DNA from: an uncultured Candidatus Saccharibacteria bacterium
GTDB lineage: Bacteria > Patescibacteriota > Saccharimonadia > Saccharimonadales > CAYLGV01
Length of the DNA stretch: 64,000 nucleotides
Direction: 5' to 3'
NCBI GenBank assembly: GCA_964394925.1
Contig: CAYMZG010000002.1
Span: forward strand, 20,947-84,946
Below are positions 1 through 8,332 of the stretch, in pieces (position 1 is the first letter of the stretch; each line of letters starts with the position of its first letter). A model generated the notes under the pieces. It did not search any database, was not told the origin of the DNA, and saw nothing but the letters and a program-made list of their open reading frames with translations. The translations under genes and the position numbers were made by a program.

Positions 1-23
1 ATTAATATCGAAAAAGGGGATCT

Positions 24-701
24 ATGAATAATCGATTTGTCATCATTTTGTTAGTTACCGTAGCTGTAATTGCGGGTGTCTTCTTCTTTACTAAGCATAA
101 AACAGCTAACAATAACAATACGAAAGCCAGTTCATCGGCACAGCCCAGCAACCATGTTATAGGTAGTGGCAAGAGTGGCGTAGTGTTGGTTGAATACGGC
201 GATTACCAGTGCCCGGCCTGTGGCCAGTACTATCCAATCGTGAAACAAGTGGTTGAAGCAAACAAAGACAATATAACCTTCCAATTCCGAAACTTCCCGC
301 TTGTGCAGATTCATCAAAATGCCTTTGCAGGTTCACGTGCCGCCGAAGCGGCTGCGCTCCAAAACAAGTTCTGGGAGATGCATGACTTGCTGTATGAAAA
401 TCAGCAATCATGGAGCTCGGCCAGCAATCCAAACAGCTACTTTGAAAACTATGCAAAGCAATTAGGCCTAGATGTCGAGAAGTTTAAGACTGACATGGGC
501 AGTAACCAAGTGAGCGATGTTATTAATGCCGATATCGCAGCCGGACAAAAGCTCGGCGCTAACGCGACCCCAACCTTCATATTAAATGGCAAGAAGCTTG
601 ACCAAAACCCACGTAGTCTCGATGAGTTCAACAAACTCATTGCCGATGCCATTAAAGCCAAGAGCGGCCAACAAACCACGACCACTCCAAGCGGCCAGTA
701 G
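24..701 (+). CDS. DsbA/BdbD-family thiol-disulfide oxidoreductase, membrane-anchored
   Basis: N-terminal TM helix; EYGDYQCPAC active site; FRNFPL; cis-Pro motif ATPTFILNG. Confidence 0.92.
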   Translation: MNNRFVIILLVTVAVIAGVFFFTKHKTANNNNTKASSSAQPSNHVIGSGKSGVVLVEYGDYQCPACGQYYPIVKQVVEANKDNITFQFRNFPLVQIHQNAFAGSRAAEAAALQNKFWEMHDLLYENQQSWSSASNPNSYFENYAKQLGLDVEKFKTDMGSNQVSDVINADIAAGQKLGANATPTFILNGKKLDQNPRSLDEFNKLIADAIKAKSGQQTTTTPSGQ

Positions 702-714
702 TAGTGCACATTTA

Positions 715-748
715 AAAAACCGGTCTTCACTTATGTTGACCGGTTTTT
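715..748. terminator. Probable bidirectional intrinsic terminator
   Basis: Inverted repeat AAAAACCGGTC (715-725) / GACCGGTTTTT (738-748) just after the DsbA stop, with A and T tracts on either side. Confidence 0.75.
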
Positions 749-774
749 ATTAGTTTGGAGCCAAGGACACAGCC

Positions 775-981
775 CTAGTAGGCAATAAATTGCTGCCACT
801 TAGGACGGCGCACCTTTATTTCCACGCTATTTCCTCTTTTTTGTATTTTGATATGTCTTGGCACTGACCTGCGCCTCCGTTTTATATAAGAAAAAGCACT
901 GCTAAGGCTCATTCTTTTGTTTGTAGTTTTTGTCTTCCGGTGCCAACTAATTTTGGTTGGTACGTATTGGAGTCGCTTCAT
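775..981 (-). CDS. Possible small basic hypothetical protein (68 aa)
   Basis: ATG-started K/R-rich ORF filling the gap and converging on the 715-748 terminator; no recognisable domain. Confidence 0.3.
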   Translation of the reverse strand: MKRLQYVPTKISWHRKTKTTNKRMSLSSAFSYIKRRRRSVPRHIKIQKRGNSVEIKVRRPKWQQFIAY

Positions 982-1069
982 TTTGGCATAAGCGTTACAC
1001 CCACGTCAAGCAATTTGCTGGCAAAATTCAAAGGGGTTGCTATAATAACAACAAACATAAGCGTAATCA

Positions 1070-2449
1070 ATGAAACAGAAAAAGAATAAAATCACCGTTC
1101 GTGCCGCCGCCGAAGCACCCGCCATCGCCCTGGATAAGGCTGTTACGTCAACGACTGAACTGTCCAAGAAGCTCCCTGGTGGCAAGCTGGTTGCCAGCAC
1201 GCGAAACTACTGGCGCATTCTCGGACCCGGCCTCACAACTGGTGCTTCCGACGATGACCCCTCTGGCATCGCCACCTATTCACAGGCCGGTGCCCAGTAC
1301 GGCTTTGGCATGCTCTGGTTGGCCGTGTTTACCTTCCCGCTCATGTCGATCGTACAAGAAATGTGTGCCCGCATTGGCTTGGTAACTGGTCGCGGCCTGG
1401 CGGCCAATATTCGCTTACATTTTTCGCGACGTGTTCTCATACTCTGTTCTTTACTACTATTTGCGGCGAATGCCTTCAACATTGGTGCCGACTTAGGAGC
1501 TATGGCTAAAGGTGTTCAGCTACTGCATCCGCAATTTTCGTTCGCCGCTCTTGTCATTGGCTTTACGGTCTTGTGTCTCGGTATCCAGATCTTCTTTAAT
1601 TATGGGCGTTACGCCCGTTATCTAAAATGGCTTGCCCTCGTGCTCTTGGCTTATGTGCTGTCGGCCATTCTGGCCAAAATTAACTGGGGTACGGTGATGC
1701 ACCAGGCTGTAACGCCACACATTAAGTTCGAGAAAGACCAGATCTTACTGATTTGTGCTATTCTCGGTACCACCATTTCCCCGTATCTCTTCTTCTGGCA
1801 AACGTCGCAAGAAGTCGAAGAGCAGATTCTGGCTGGCAAAAAATCGCTGAAAGCACGCCGTGGCTCAAATAAGTCAGAAATGCGACTCATGCGCATTGAC
1901 GTCTGGTCGGGTATGTTGCTGTCAAACGTAGTAATGTTCTTCATTATTGCCGCGTGTGGTGCCATTTTGTTCCCGAATGGCATCACCACTATCACCTCGG
2001 CCGCACAAGCTGCGGAAGCCCTGCGACCCTTTGCCGGCAATGCCACGTATTGGCTGTTCGCGATTGGCATCATTGGCACAGGACTCTTAGCCATACCTGT
2101 TTTGGCGGGCTCGAGCTCATACGCCTTTAGTGAGGCTTTTCATTGGCGCGAAGGTCTGTATCGCCCTTTGGGGCAAGCCTATGCTTTTTATGGCATTATT
2201 ATTATCTCTATGCTGGTTGGCCTCGGTATTAACTTTATTGGCCTGGATCCGTTTAAAGCGCTCATCTATTCAGCTGTTGCAAACGGCTTAGTTGCCCCTG
2301 TTGTACTGTGTTTTGTGGTCATCATGAGCAGCAGCAAAAAGATTATGGGGCGTTGGGCCAACCCACGCCCGATGGCCTGGATTGGCTGGTTTGTGATTGG
2401 CCTTATGTCGGTAGCCGGTATCGCTGCCGTTATTACGATGTTTATGTAG
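1070..2449 (+). CDS. NRAMP/MntH-family divalent metal transporter
   Basis: GPGLTTGASDDDPSGIATYSQAGA; QEMCARIGLVTGRGL; LGTTISPYLFFWQ; about 11 TM segments; upstream TGCTATAAT. Confidence 0.92.
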   Translation: MKQKKNKITVRAAAEAPAIALDKAVTSTTELSKKLPGGKLVASTRNYWRILGPGLTTGASDDDPSGIATYSQAGAQYGFGMLWLAVFTFPLMSIVQEMCARIGLVTGRGLAANIRLHFSRRVLILCSLLLFAANAFNIGADLGAMAKGVQLLHPQFSFAALVIGFTVLCLGIQIFFNYGRYARYLKWLALVLLAYVLSAILAKINWGTVMHQAVTPHIKFEKDQILLICAILGTTISPYLFFWQTSQEVEEQILAGKKSLKARRGSNKSEMRLMRIDVWSGMLLSNVVMFFIIAACGAILFPNGITTITSAAQAAEALRPFAGNATYWLFAIGIIGTGLLAIPVLAGSSSYAFSEAFHWREGLYRPLGQAYAFYGIIIISMLVGLGINFIGLDPFKALIYSAVANGLVAPVVLCFVVIMSSSKKIMGRWANPRPMAWIGWFVIGLMSVAGIAAVITMFM

Positions 2450-2876
2450 ATTGGCCGCGGCGGCGCTGGGCCGCTTCAATGTGTTTGTGGAGTTTGTGCA
2501 GCTCCGCAGGCGGTTGATTATTGTACATCTCATGAATGTGATGAAACTCTTTATCGAGCTCGGCCAATTCTTCGTCACTTAGGTCTTCAATATTCAAAAA
2601 GTTGTCGCGAGCTGCTTTACTGGCACGAATTAGCTCGTCAAGCTTGAGTTGCACTGCCTTGCCATCACGGTTCTGGGTGTTTTGAATCAGAAATACCATC
2701 AAAAACGTCACAATTGTAGTTCCAGTGTTAATAACTAACTGCCAGGTGTTAGAAAAGTGAAAGATCGGTCCAGAGATAGCCCACACCACAACAATCGTGA
2801 GCGCCAATAAGAACGCTTTTGATGAACCGGTGATTGTTGCCACCCTGCTCGCTATTTTGTGAAAGATCTCGTTCAT
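2442..2876 (-). CDS. Low-affinity iron permease family protein (Fet4-like)
   Basis: WQLVINTGTTIVTFLMVFLIQNTQNRD..A.QLKLDELIRA signature. Confidence 0.92.
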   Translation of the reverse strand: MNEIFHKIASRVATITGSSKAFLLALTIVVVWAISGPIFHFSNTWQLVINTGTTIVTFLMVFLIQNTQNRDGKAVQLKLDELIRASKAARDNFLNIEDLSDEELAELDKEFHHIHEMYNNQPPAELHKLHKHIEAAQRRRGQST

Positions 2877-2949
2877 ATGTGTGTTGCTTTCTCGTTTTGC
2901 TGCTAACGCTTATTTGTTGTAGAATAACGCTAGGACATAAAAAACACAA

Positions 2950-4647
2950 ATGCACGCAGCTAGCTTTACCGAACTCAGCCTTCTCCTCGCCATTGGCGTG
3001 GGCATTAGTATTTTCATGCGTATCATCCGCCAGCCGCTCATCATTGGATATATTATTACTGGCATTGTGGTTGGCCCGGCGTTTATGAACCTCATTAAAG
3101 AACCGGGCACTATCGAAGTCTTTGCTCAGTTTGGCATTGCTCTGCTGCTTATGATCGTTGGGCTTGGCCTAAATCCTCGAGTCATTAAGGAGGTTGGTAA
3201 AATTGCCGCTGCTATTGCGTTCGGCAAGGTGTTTATCGCCACCGGGGTTGGTTTCATGGTCAGCCGTGTGCTTGGCTTTAGCACGACCGCCTCTTTGTTT
3301 ATTGGCATCTCGATGTCGTTTTCAAGCACCATTATTATTCTCAAACTCCTGAGTGACAAAAAGGAACAAAACCGCCTGTACGGCAAAATATCCGTTGGTT
3401 TTTTGTTGGTTGAAGACTTAATTGCCACGCTGATATTAATTGGTGTGTCGGCAACTGCACAAAAGACTGGCTTCACGCTCGATAGCTTTTTGAGCCTGCT
3501 CTGGAATAGCGCAATCCTCATTGGTGTGCTCGTAGCCGTGCGCTGGCTGCTATTACCTCGCCTGAACCATCTCATTGCCAAGTCTCAGGAGTTTTTGTTC
3601 CTATTTGCCATTGGCTGGGGCCTTGGCATTGCCGCTCTGTTTAGTCGAGCCGGCTTCTCGCTCGAGATTGGTGCGCTACTCGCGGGTGTCACGCTTGCCT
3701 CACAACCGTTTGCTCAAGAAATTTCTTCTCGCCTAAAACCGCTGCGCGACTTTTTCATTGTGTTGTTCTTCATCTACCTCGGCTCGCACCTTGTTTTGCA
3801 CGATGTTATTCATGTTCTGCCGATTGCCCTGTTATTCTCGGCGCTTGTACTAATTGGTAACCCAATTATTGTCATGACCATTATGGGCATTAGTGGCTAC
3901 ACCAAAAAAACCAGCTTTAAAACTGGCATAACCGGCGCTCAGATCAGCGAATTCTCGTTCATTATGTTGCTACTAGCTAAAGATACGGGTCGGATTAGCA
4001 GTGAAGTATTGTCGCTGGTGACCATTGTGGCGCTCATAACTATTGCCGTATCGACGTATGTCATTCTCTACGCCGACAAGCTCTATATTCTCTTCGAGAA
4101 CTATCTGCGGTTGTTTGAGCGCAAAAAGGTCCATAAAGAAGCTGAGCGTGTTAAACACTATGAGTTAGTTCTCCTTGGCTACCACCGGGGCGGCTCGGAA
4201 TTCCTAAAAGTCTTTAAGCAACTCAAGAAATCGTATGTTGTGGTTGACTATGACCCGATCGTGATCGATACCCTCGAGAACTCACATGAACCGTACATTT
4301 ACGGCGACGTGACGGATCTGGAACTATTAGAGGAAATCAATCTGGCGCATGCCCACCTGATCGTCTCAACGCTATCCGATTACCAGATCAATCAGTTTAT
4401 TGCTAAGTGGCTAGAGGGCGTCAATCCTAAGGCGGTGCTGATCTGTTCGGCCGACACCATCGAGCAGGCTGCACAGCTATATGAAGATGGTGCCGCCTAC
4501 GTTATGCTCCCGCACTACATTGGCACCGAGAAGATTACCTCATTCATTAAGAAGAGCCATCTGAAGAAGTTAGAGTTCCGGCGCTACCGCGAAAAACACT
4601 TGGCCTACTTACAAACTCACTTGGAACCACTCAACACTGACACATAG
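2950..4647 (+). CDS. CPA2 cation:proton antiporter with C-terminal TrkA-N/RCK domain (KefB/KefC-like)
   Basis: QPLIIGYIITG, FSSTIIILKLL, LRDFFIVLFF and QISEFSFI motifs; C-terminal VLLGYHRGG...YGDVTD Rossmann-like domain. Confidence 0.9.
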   Translation: MHAASFTELSLLLAIGVGISIFMRIIRQPLIIGYIITGIVVGPAFMNLIKEPGTIEVFAQFGIALLLMIVGLGLNPRVIKEVGKIAAAIAFGKVFIATGVGFMVSRVLGFSTTASLFIGISMSFSSTIIILKLLSDKKEQNRLYGKISVGFLLVEDLIATLILIGVSATAQKTGFTLDSFLSLLWNSAILIGVLVAVRWLLLPRLNHLIAKSQEFLFLFAIGWGLGIAALFSRAGFSLEIGALLAGVTLASQPFAQEISSRLKPLRDFFIVLFFIYLGSHLVLHDVIHVLPIALLFSALVLIGNPIIVMTIMGISGYTKKTSFKTGITGAQISEFSFIMLLLAKDTGRISSEVLSLVTIVALITIAVSTYVILYADKLYILFENYLRLFERKKVHKEAERVKHYELVLLGYHRGGSEFLKVFKQLKKSYVVVDYDPIVIDTLENSHEPYIYGDVTDLELLEEINLAHAHLIVSTLSDYQINQFIAKWLEGVNPKAVLICSADTIEQAAQLYEDGAAYVMLPHYIGTEKITSFIKKSHLKKLEFRRYREKHLAYLQTHLEPLNTDT

Positions 4648-5222
4648 AGTCGATGGCTGCGAATGTACGACCAGACCTCGGGTGATATATCCGGTGGCTG
4701 CTGACGCTGCTTTAGCGCCAAGCGAATCTTAGACGATGAAATATCTGGGCATTTTGGATCAACAAAACGATATCGAAAGGCCAGCCGTCGAGTGGTTTCT
4801 AGCGTTTTAAACAACTCATTAAGCGTCGCTTCGTCGCCCTGCCGAGCCGCCACCATGAGTGAAACCGATGCCACCAATTCATCAATATGTGGCCAGTGAG
4901 CAATATGTGCAATAACGTCTTCGCCGAAGAGCAAGACCAATTCATACCCTTTGAATCGGTTTTGTAGCAGCGGCATTGTTTCGTGTGGCGTGAAACGCGC
5001 TTGCTCAAGAATAATGCTGCCCATCCTTGGATTGTCGCGAATGGCGAGCTGCACCATTGCAACTCGATGTTCGAGCGCCCGTACACCCTGTTTGCGGCGC
5101 GGCCTTGGCTCTACCACAAACATTACCTTCTCGAGCCCAGCATCGAGTGCCGCCTGCGCAAAGGCAAGGTGACCATTATGGATCGGGTCAAAGGTGCCTG
5201 CGTAAATGCCGATTTTCTTCAT
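4617..5222 (-). CDS. nadD: Nicotinate-nucleotide adenylyltransferase-like (HxGH nucleotidyltransferase)
   Basis: IGIYAGTFDPIHNGH and ISSSKIR motifs; LLFGED equivalent of IIGAD. Confidence 0.75.
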   Translation of the reverse strand: MKKIGIYAGTFDPIHNGHLAFAQAALDAGLEKVMFVVEPRPRRKQGVRALEHRVAMVQLAIRDNPRMGSIILEQARFTPHETMPLLQNRFKGYELVLLFGEDVIAHIAHWPHIDELVASVSLMVAARQGDEATLNELFKTLETTRRLAFRYRFVDPKCPDISSSKIRLALKQRQQPPDISPEVWSYIRSHRLYVSVLSGSK

Positions 5223-5243
5223 ATGCTCAGTATACCCGCCGTT

Positions 5244-6560
5244 TTAGGCAATCTTTACGCACCCGCAAGAACCTGAGATGCGCTTGCGACCACTTGATGA
5301 TAACTTTTGCACTTTCGTTCTTACATTCTTCTTCTGACACAGTGGGCATTCTTTTGATACAAAGTCACAATCTGCATCATCATCTTCGTTGCTCGTGTCG
5401 TTGCCAATTTTTGATTCAGACATGCCAGATGGGCAAGAGTTTGAATTCTCTGTTTGCTTGGCCTTTGACCTATTCTCCTCAAGCGCTTCTAGATCACCAC
5501 GCGCAATTGCTTGGCGACTCGCTTCAATATAGCGAGCCGCTTCAAGGCCAAAGACACGACTATCTATTGAGTGATCCATAATTGCTTGATCAACCATATG
5601 AAAGCCCGAAAGATCATTCAGTAAACGTACCGCATCAATTGGTTTATGAATTACAGGGGCAGCTGAAATGAGCTCTTGGGTGATTTTCTTAACTTTGGGC
5701 TCAAACAAGGCTTCGCGCTCGCGGCACATATCGAGGTAATCCTGATAGTTTTGAGATGGTCGATCCTCACCAAAGAAAGTACCAGATATGCCATCCCATA
5801 GCTTTACGATATCTATCACGCCGTTTGGAATAAGATCATTGCGAATGAGGATGGGTATGTCAATAATCTCTGCCGGCGACAGACCAACATAATCCGCCCC
5901 GAGCGCCTGGCCAAGCTTGGCGGCAGTTGCTTCATCGTGAGGTACCTCCCCCTCAGCGGCAATTCCAGCTACAAAAGCCGACTCAAGGGCCAAGGCACCT
6001 TCTGACTTACCGATTAGTTGCAGAGAGCAGCTCATAGTCTCAGTAAAGAAACCCTGCTCCGGTAGATTCTCGGCCCGCGACACAACCAGCATGCTGTAGT
6101 TTTCAAAAAGACCATCTTTGAAGTACTGCTCTATGCGAAAAGCGTTGCGTGTTTCAGCCTCAGTACGCGCTCGCATAATTGGATGATTCGATGCAAAACG
6201 AAGGCTATTGGCTTGAATGGAGTCCATGATCTGTCCATGCTGGACCACTTTCCCTTCAGCTGTAATGTTCAATGGAACCTTTTCCATTACGTGGCCGGTC
6301 TTTATGGTACGCTCAATGACGTCGGTGCGAACATTGATCTCAACCATATGTTCTGCTTCTTTGTCGCCTTCGTAATATGCTCGATCGATGCCTTGCTTCA
6401 AGTTCTCAATGGGGCTTTCAACAGGAAGCGCCTCAATACTAGTTGCCTGATTCGCAGCAACTTGACCAATGAATGTACCTGCCCGTAACCGAACCTCAGA
6501 ATCAACCTCCATCTCGGAGGCAACCCTTGTTTTTGGAAGTTCGGCACTGGCTACTGCCAT
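5244..6560 (-). CDS. Hypothetical protein (438 aa) with Cys-rich C-terminal tail (probable Zn site), downstream of a cobalamin riboswitch
   Basis: Long ORF with an upstream AGGGG RBS-like sequence; tail CDFVSKECPLC...RISGSCGC; no family recognised. Confidence 0.85.
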   Translation of the reverse strand: MAVASAELPKTRVASEMEVDSEVRLRAGTFIGQVAANQATSIEALPVESPIENLKQGIDRAYYEGDKEAEHMVEINVRTDVIERTIKTGHVMEKVPLNITAEGKVVQHGQIMDSIQANSLRFASNHPIMRARTEAETRNAFRIEQYFKDGLFENYSMLVVSRAENLPEQGFFTETMSCSLQLIGKSEGALALESAFVAGIAAEGEVPHDEATAAKLGQALGADYVGLSPAEIIDIPILIRNDLIPNGVIDIVKLWDGISGTFFGEDRPSQNYQDYLDMCREREALFEPKVKKITQELISAAPVIHKPIDAVRLLNDLSGFHMVDQAIMDHSIDSRVFGLEAARYIEASRQAIARGDLEALEENRSKAKQTENSNSCPSGMSESKIGNDTSNEDDDADCDFVSKECPLCQKKNVRTKVQKLSSSGRKRISGSCGCVKIA

Positions 6561-6567
6561 AAAAATA

Positions 6568-6592
6568 CCCCTGTCCCTTTATAAAACAGAGG
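6568..6592 (-). promoter_or_regulatory. RBS-sequestering or terminator-like hairpin (riboswitch expression platform)
   Basis: Minus strand CCUCUGU-loop-ACAGGGG followed by UAUUUUU-AUG; the stem covers the purine-rich RBS. Confidence 0.5.
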
Positions 6593-6606
6593 CTACGAAA
6601 AAACGT

Positions 6607-6715
6607 TACCGCTCCTGCTCGAGAGACTTACCCCGTGTCTGGCTTGTGATGGTGCTTTCGGCTTCACTTACAGTTGCGGCACAGCTCAGGATTCTCACCT
6701 GATTCCGGTTATTTG
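6607..6715 (-). ncRNA. Cobalamin (B12) riboswitch, compact class-II-like
   Basis: Minus strand reads GGAAUCAGGUGAGAAUCCUGAGCUGUGCCGCAACUGUAA (P4 T-loop and P5 core), short P6 GUGA..UCAC, B12 box AAGCCAGACAC, then a P13-like CUCUCGAGCAGGAG; lies 5' of the 5244-6560 gene. Confidence 0.85.
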
Positions 6716-6733
6716 TTATGTTAACTATTTAGT

Positions 6734-6768
6734 AGTGTAGCACGCGCGGCACACACTACATGTAGTAG
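6734..6768 (-). promoter_or_regulatory. Extended -10 promoter with an NrdR-box-like palindrome over the -35 region
   Basis: TG-C-TACACT at 6742-6734; perfect palindrome ACTACATGTAGT at 6755-6766; the 16-mer CTACTACATGTAGTGT resembles the NrdR consensus acaCwAtATaTwGtgt. Confidence 0.6.
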
Positions 6769-6779
6769 TTTTAACTATT

Positions 6780-7484
6780 TTACTTGGCCCTAAAGCTTTT
6801 TATGGCGTCAGTGAAGATGGTTATATTCGGTTGTATGTTCTGATCATTAAACACAAAGAAATATTTGTGTTTGCCCTTGTTTGGGCCAGTCACATTGACC
6901 GTGTTGATGCCGTCGGGTGAGCCCGTCCCTGTTTTGTTAAGAATAACGAGCGAGAAGTCACAATGGAAATCAATCTGTTTAAACTTAGCTAGGTTCCAAT
7001 TGTCACCCTGTCCGGTCGCCCCCGCACTTTTTTGAGTATACGTGATGCAGTTGTCCGAAATGTCGCCTGGTTGCAGGGTATCGCCAACAGCAGTCACCGG
7101 CATGAGCTTGTTGACCGGCAAAGTAGTGGGGATCACATCAACATACAACGTTAATTTGCGGTTATCCTCATTCTTTTTGGTAGCCTGCCAGGTTAGACTA
7201 TTCTCGGTCGAATTAGAAACACGGCTTAGCAACTTCCAGTCGCCCGGTAGCTGCATGGTAAAGGTTGGCTCATCGATGCGCAGGGATGATTGCACCGCAT
7301 CAACCGACTGCACGACTGTACGTTTTTGACCCTCAACATAGGTATCCTTGTTGCTACGCTTAATATCCATATAAATAAGTGAGCCGATTGCGCCAACAAT
7401 AGCAAAGGTAACAATCAGAACAATCGCCACACGCGTACGTCGGCGCCTACCAGGTCTGTGGCCATATTTGTACTTAACTTCCAT
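6780..7484 (-). CDS. Hypothetical membrane-anchored exported protein
   Basis: Basic N-terminus, single TM helix, soluble beta-rich domain with two Cys. Confidence 0.8.
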   Translation of the reverse strand: MEVKYKYGHRPGRRRRTRVAIVLIVTFAIVGAIGSLIYMDIKRSNKDTYVEGQKRTVVQSVDAVQSSLRIDEPTFTMQLPGDWKLLSRVSNSTENSLTWQATKKNEDNRKLTLYVDVIPTTLPVNKLMPVTAVGDTLQPGDISDNCITYTQKSAGATGQGDNWNLAKFKQIDFHCDFSLVILNKTGTGSPDGINTVNVTGPNKGKHKYFFVFNDQNIQPNITIFTDAIKSFRAK

Positions 7485-7531
7485 GCTTTAGCACCTTAGC
7501 CCATATTATACATGAAGCTTATGCTTCACAC

Positions 7532-7650
7532 CCATAAGCTAACTCACTATTCTCCCAAGAGTACGGAAAGCCGCCAAAAGAACAATTGTTCTTGGCTTTC
7601 CTGATTGGCTATAGCAAACCCTCTTGTTGAAATAGTAAGTTAGCTTATGG
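7532..7650. repeat. Nested hairpin element, copy 1 (REP/REPIN-like)
   Basis: 30-bp imperfect inverted arms (7532-7561 / 7621-7650, 25/30 paired) enclose the core GGAAAGCCGCCAAAAGAACAATTGTTCTTGGCTTTCC (7565-7601). Confidence 0.8.
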
Positions 7651-8298
7651 ACCAGCAATAATGAGGATGTCAGCGTCGGTTGGTTTGTCTTCGCCAGCTG
7701 GCAAGCTGCCAACCGTACCCTTAACAGCGTCAGCGATCTTCTTAGCCTGATCGGCGTTCTGACCACTTACATCAACAACAGTTATGGTGGTTGGTGGTGT
7801 CTTGGCCTCGCCACCATCGTTTGCCGTTAGCTGCTGCGCCTTGAGTGCCGTGGCTACTGCTTGGCGAGCGGTGGTGTTGCCGATGACCTTGATCTTGGCA
7901 TTGTTGTTTTGAATCGTTACCGTACTAACATTTACGATCTTATTAGTGCTTGGGCGGTACAAAATTGCCAACTTGGCGTTGGAATAAATGAGACTAACAT
8001 CGCCGTTTTCGGCATTGTTAAAGAAAGCGCCATATTGCTTCTTGGTGGCTTCTTTGTCTTTAACGGTGGCAATGGTGGGCTTTTCGTCTTTTGGCAAATT
8101 GTAGAGCTTGCCCACTTCGGAAACAGTCTTGTCGGCTTCCTGTTGCGCGACTGAATCGGCCGATGGTGGATTAGCTTTAAGGTGTTGGTACTGCCTAAAG
8201 TAGTAGGCGCCGAAGACGGCGAGCCCAACAATTACCAGTACATTAGCGGCCGCGAACAGCGGCTTTTTGAGGTTCTTCTTCTTTTTCGTCGTTTCCAT
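7645..8298 (-). CDS. Membrane-anchored protein with LytR C-terminal-like domain
   Basis: N-terminal TM; LP.DE.PTIATV.D...FF.NAENGD...AILYRPS motif; C-terminal TVVDVSG...A..IA......DADILIIAG resembles LytR_C. Confidence 0.7.
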   Translation of the reverse strand: METTKKKKNLKKPLFAAANVLVIVGLAVFGAYYFRQYQHLKANPPSADSVAQQEADKTVSEVGKLYNLPKDEKPTIATVKDKEATKKQYGAFFNNAENGDVSLIYSNAKLAILYRPSTNKIVNVSTVTIQNNNAKIKVIGNTTARQAVATALKAQQLTANDGGEAKTPPTTITVVDVSGQNADQAKKIADAVKGTVGSLPAGEDKPTDADILIIAGP

Positions 8299-8332
8299 TG
8301 TTCTTTATGATACCTGCTTACGCTTATATTGG

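Noticed and set aside
5027-5581. 184-aa plus-strand ORF across the nadD-like and hypothetical genes
   Set aside because: It is antisense to two better-supported genes and has no motifs.
6469-6702. 77-aa plus-strand ORF over the riboswitch
   Set aside because: The region is better explained by the minus-strand riboswitch and leader.
6723-6738. Possible second NrdR box (AACTATTTAGTAGTGT), 30 bp from the first
   Set aside because: Only one half matches and it coincides with the -10 element; too weak to call, although tandem boxes would be expected.
7539-7766. 75-aa minus-strand ORF
   Set aside because: It overlaps the LytR_C-like gene in another frame and runs through the hairpin repeat.
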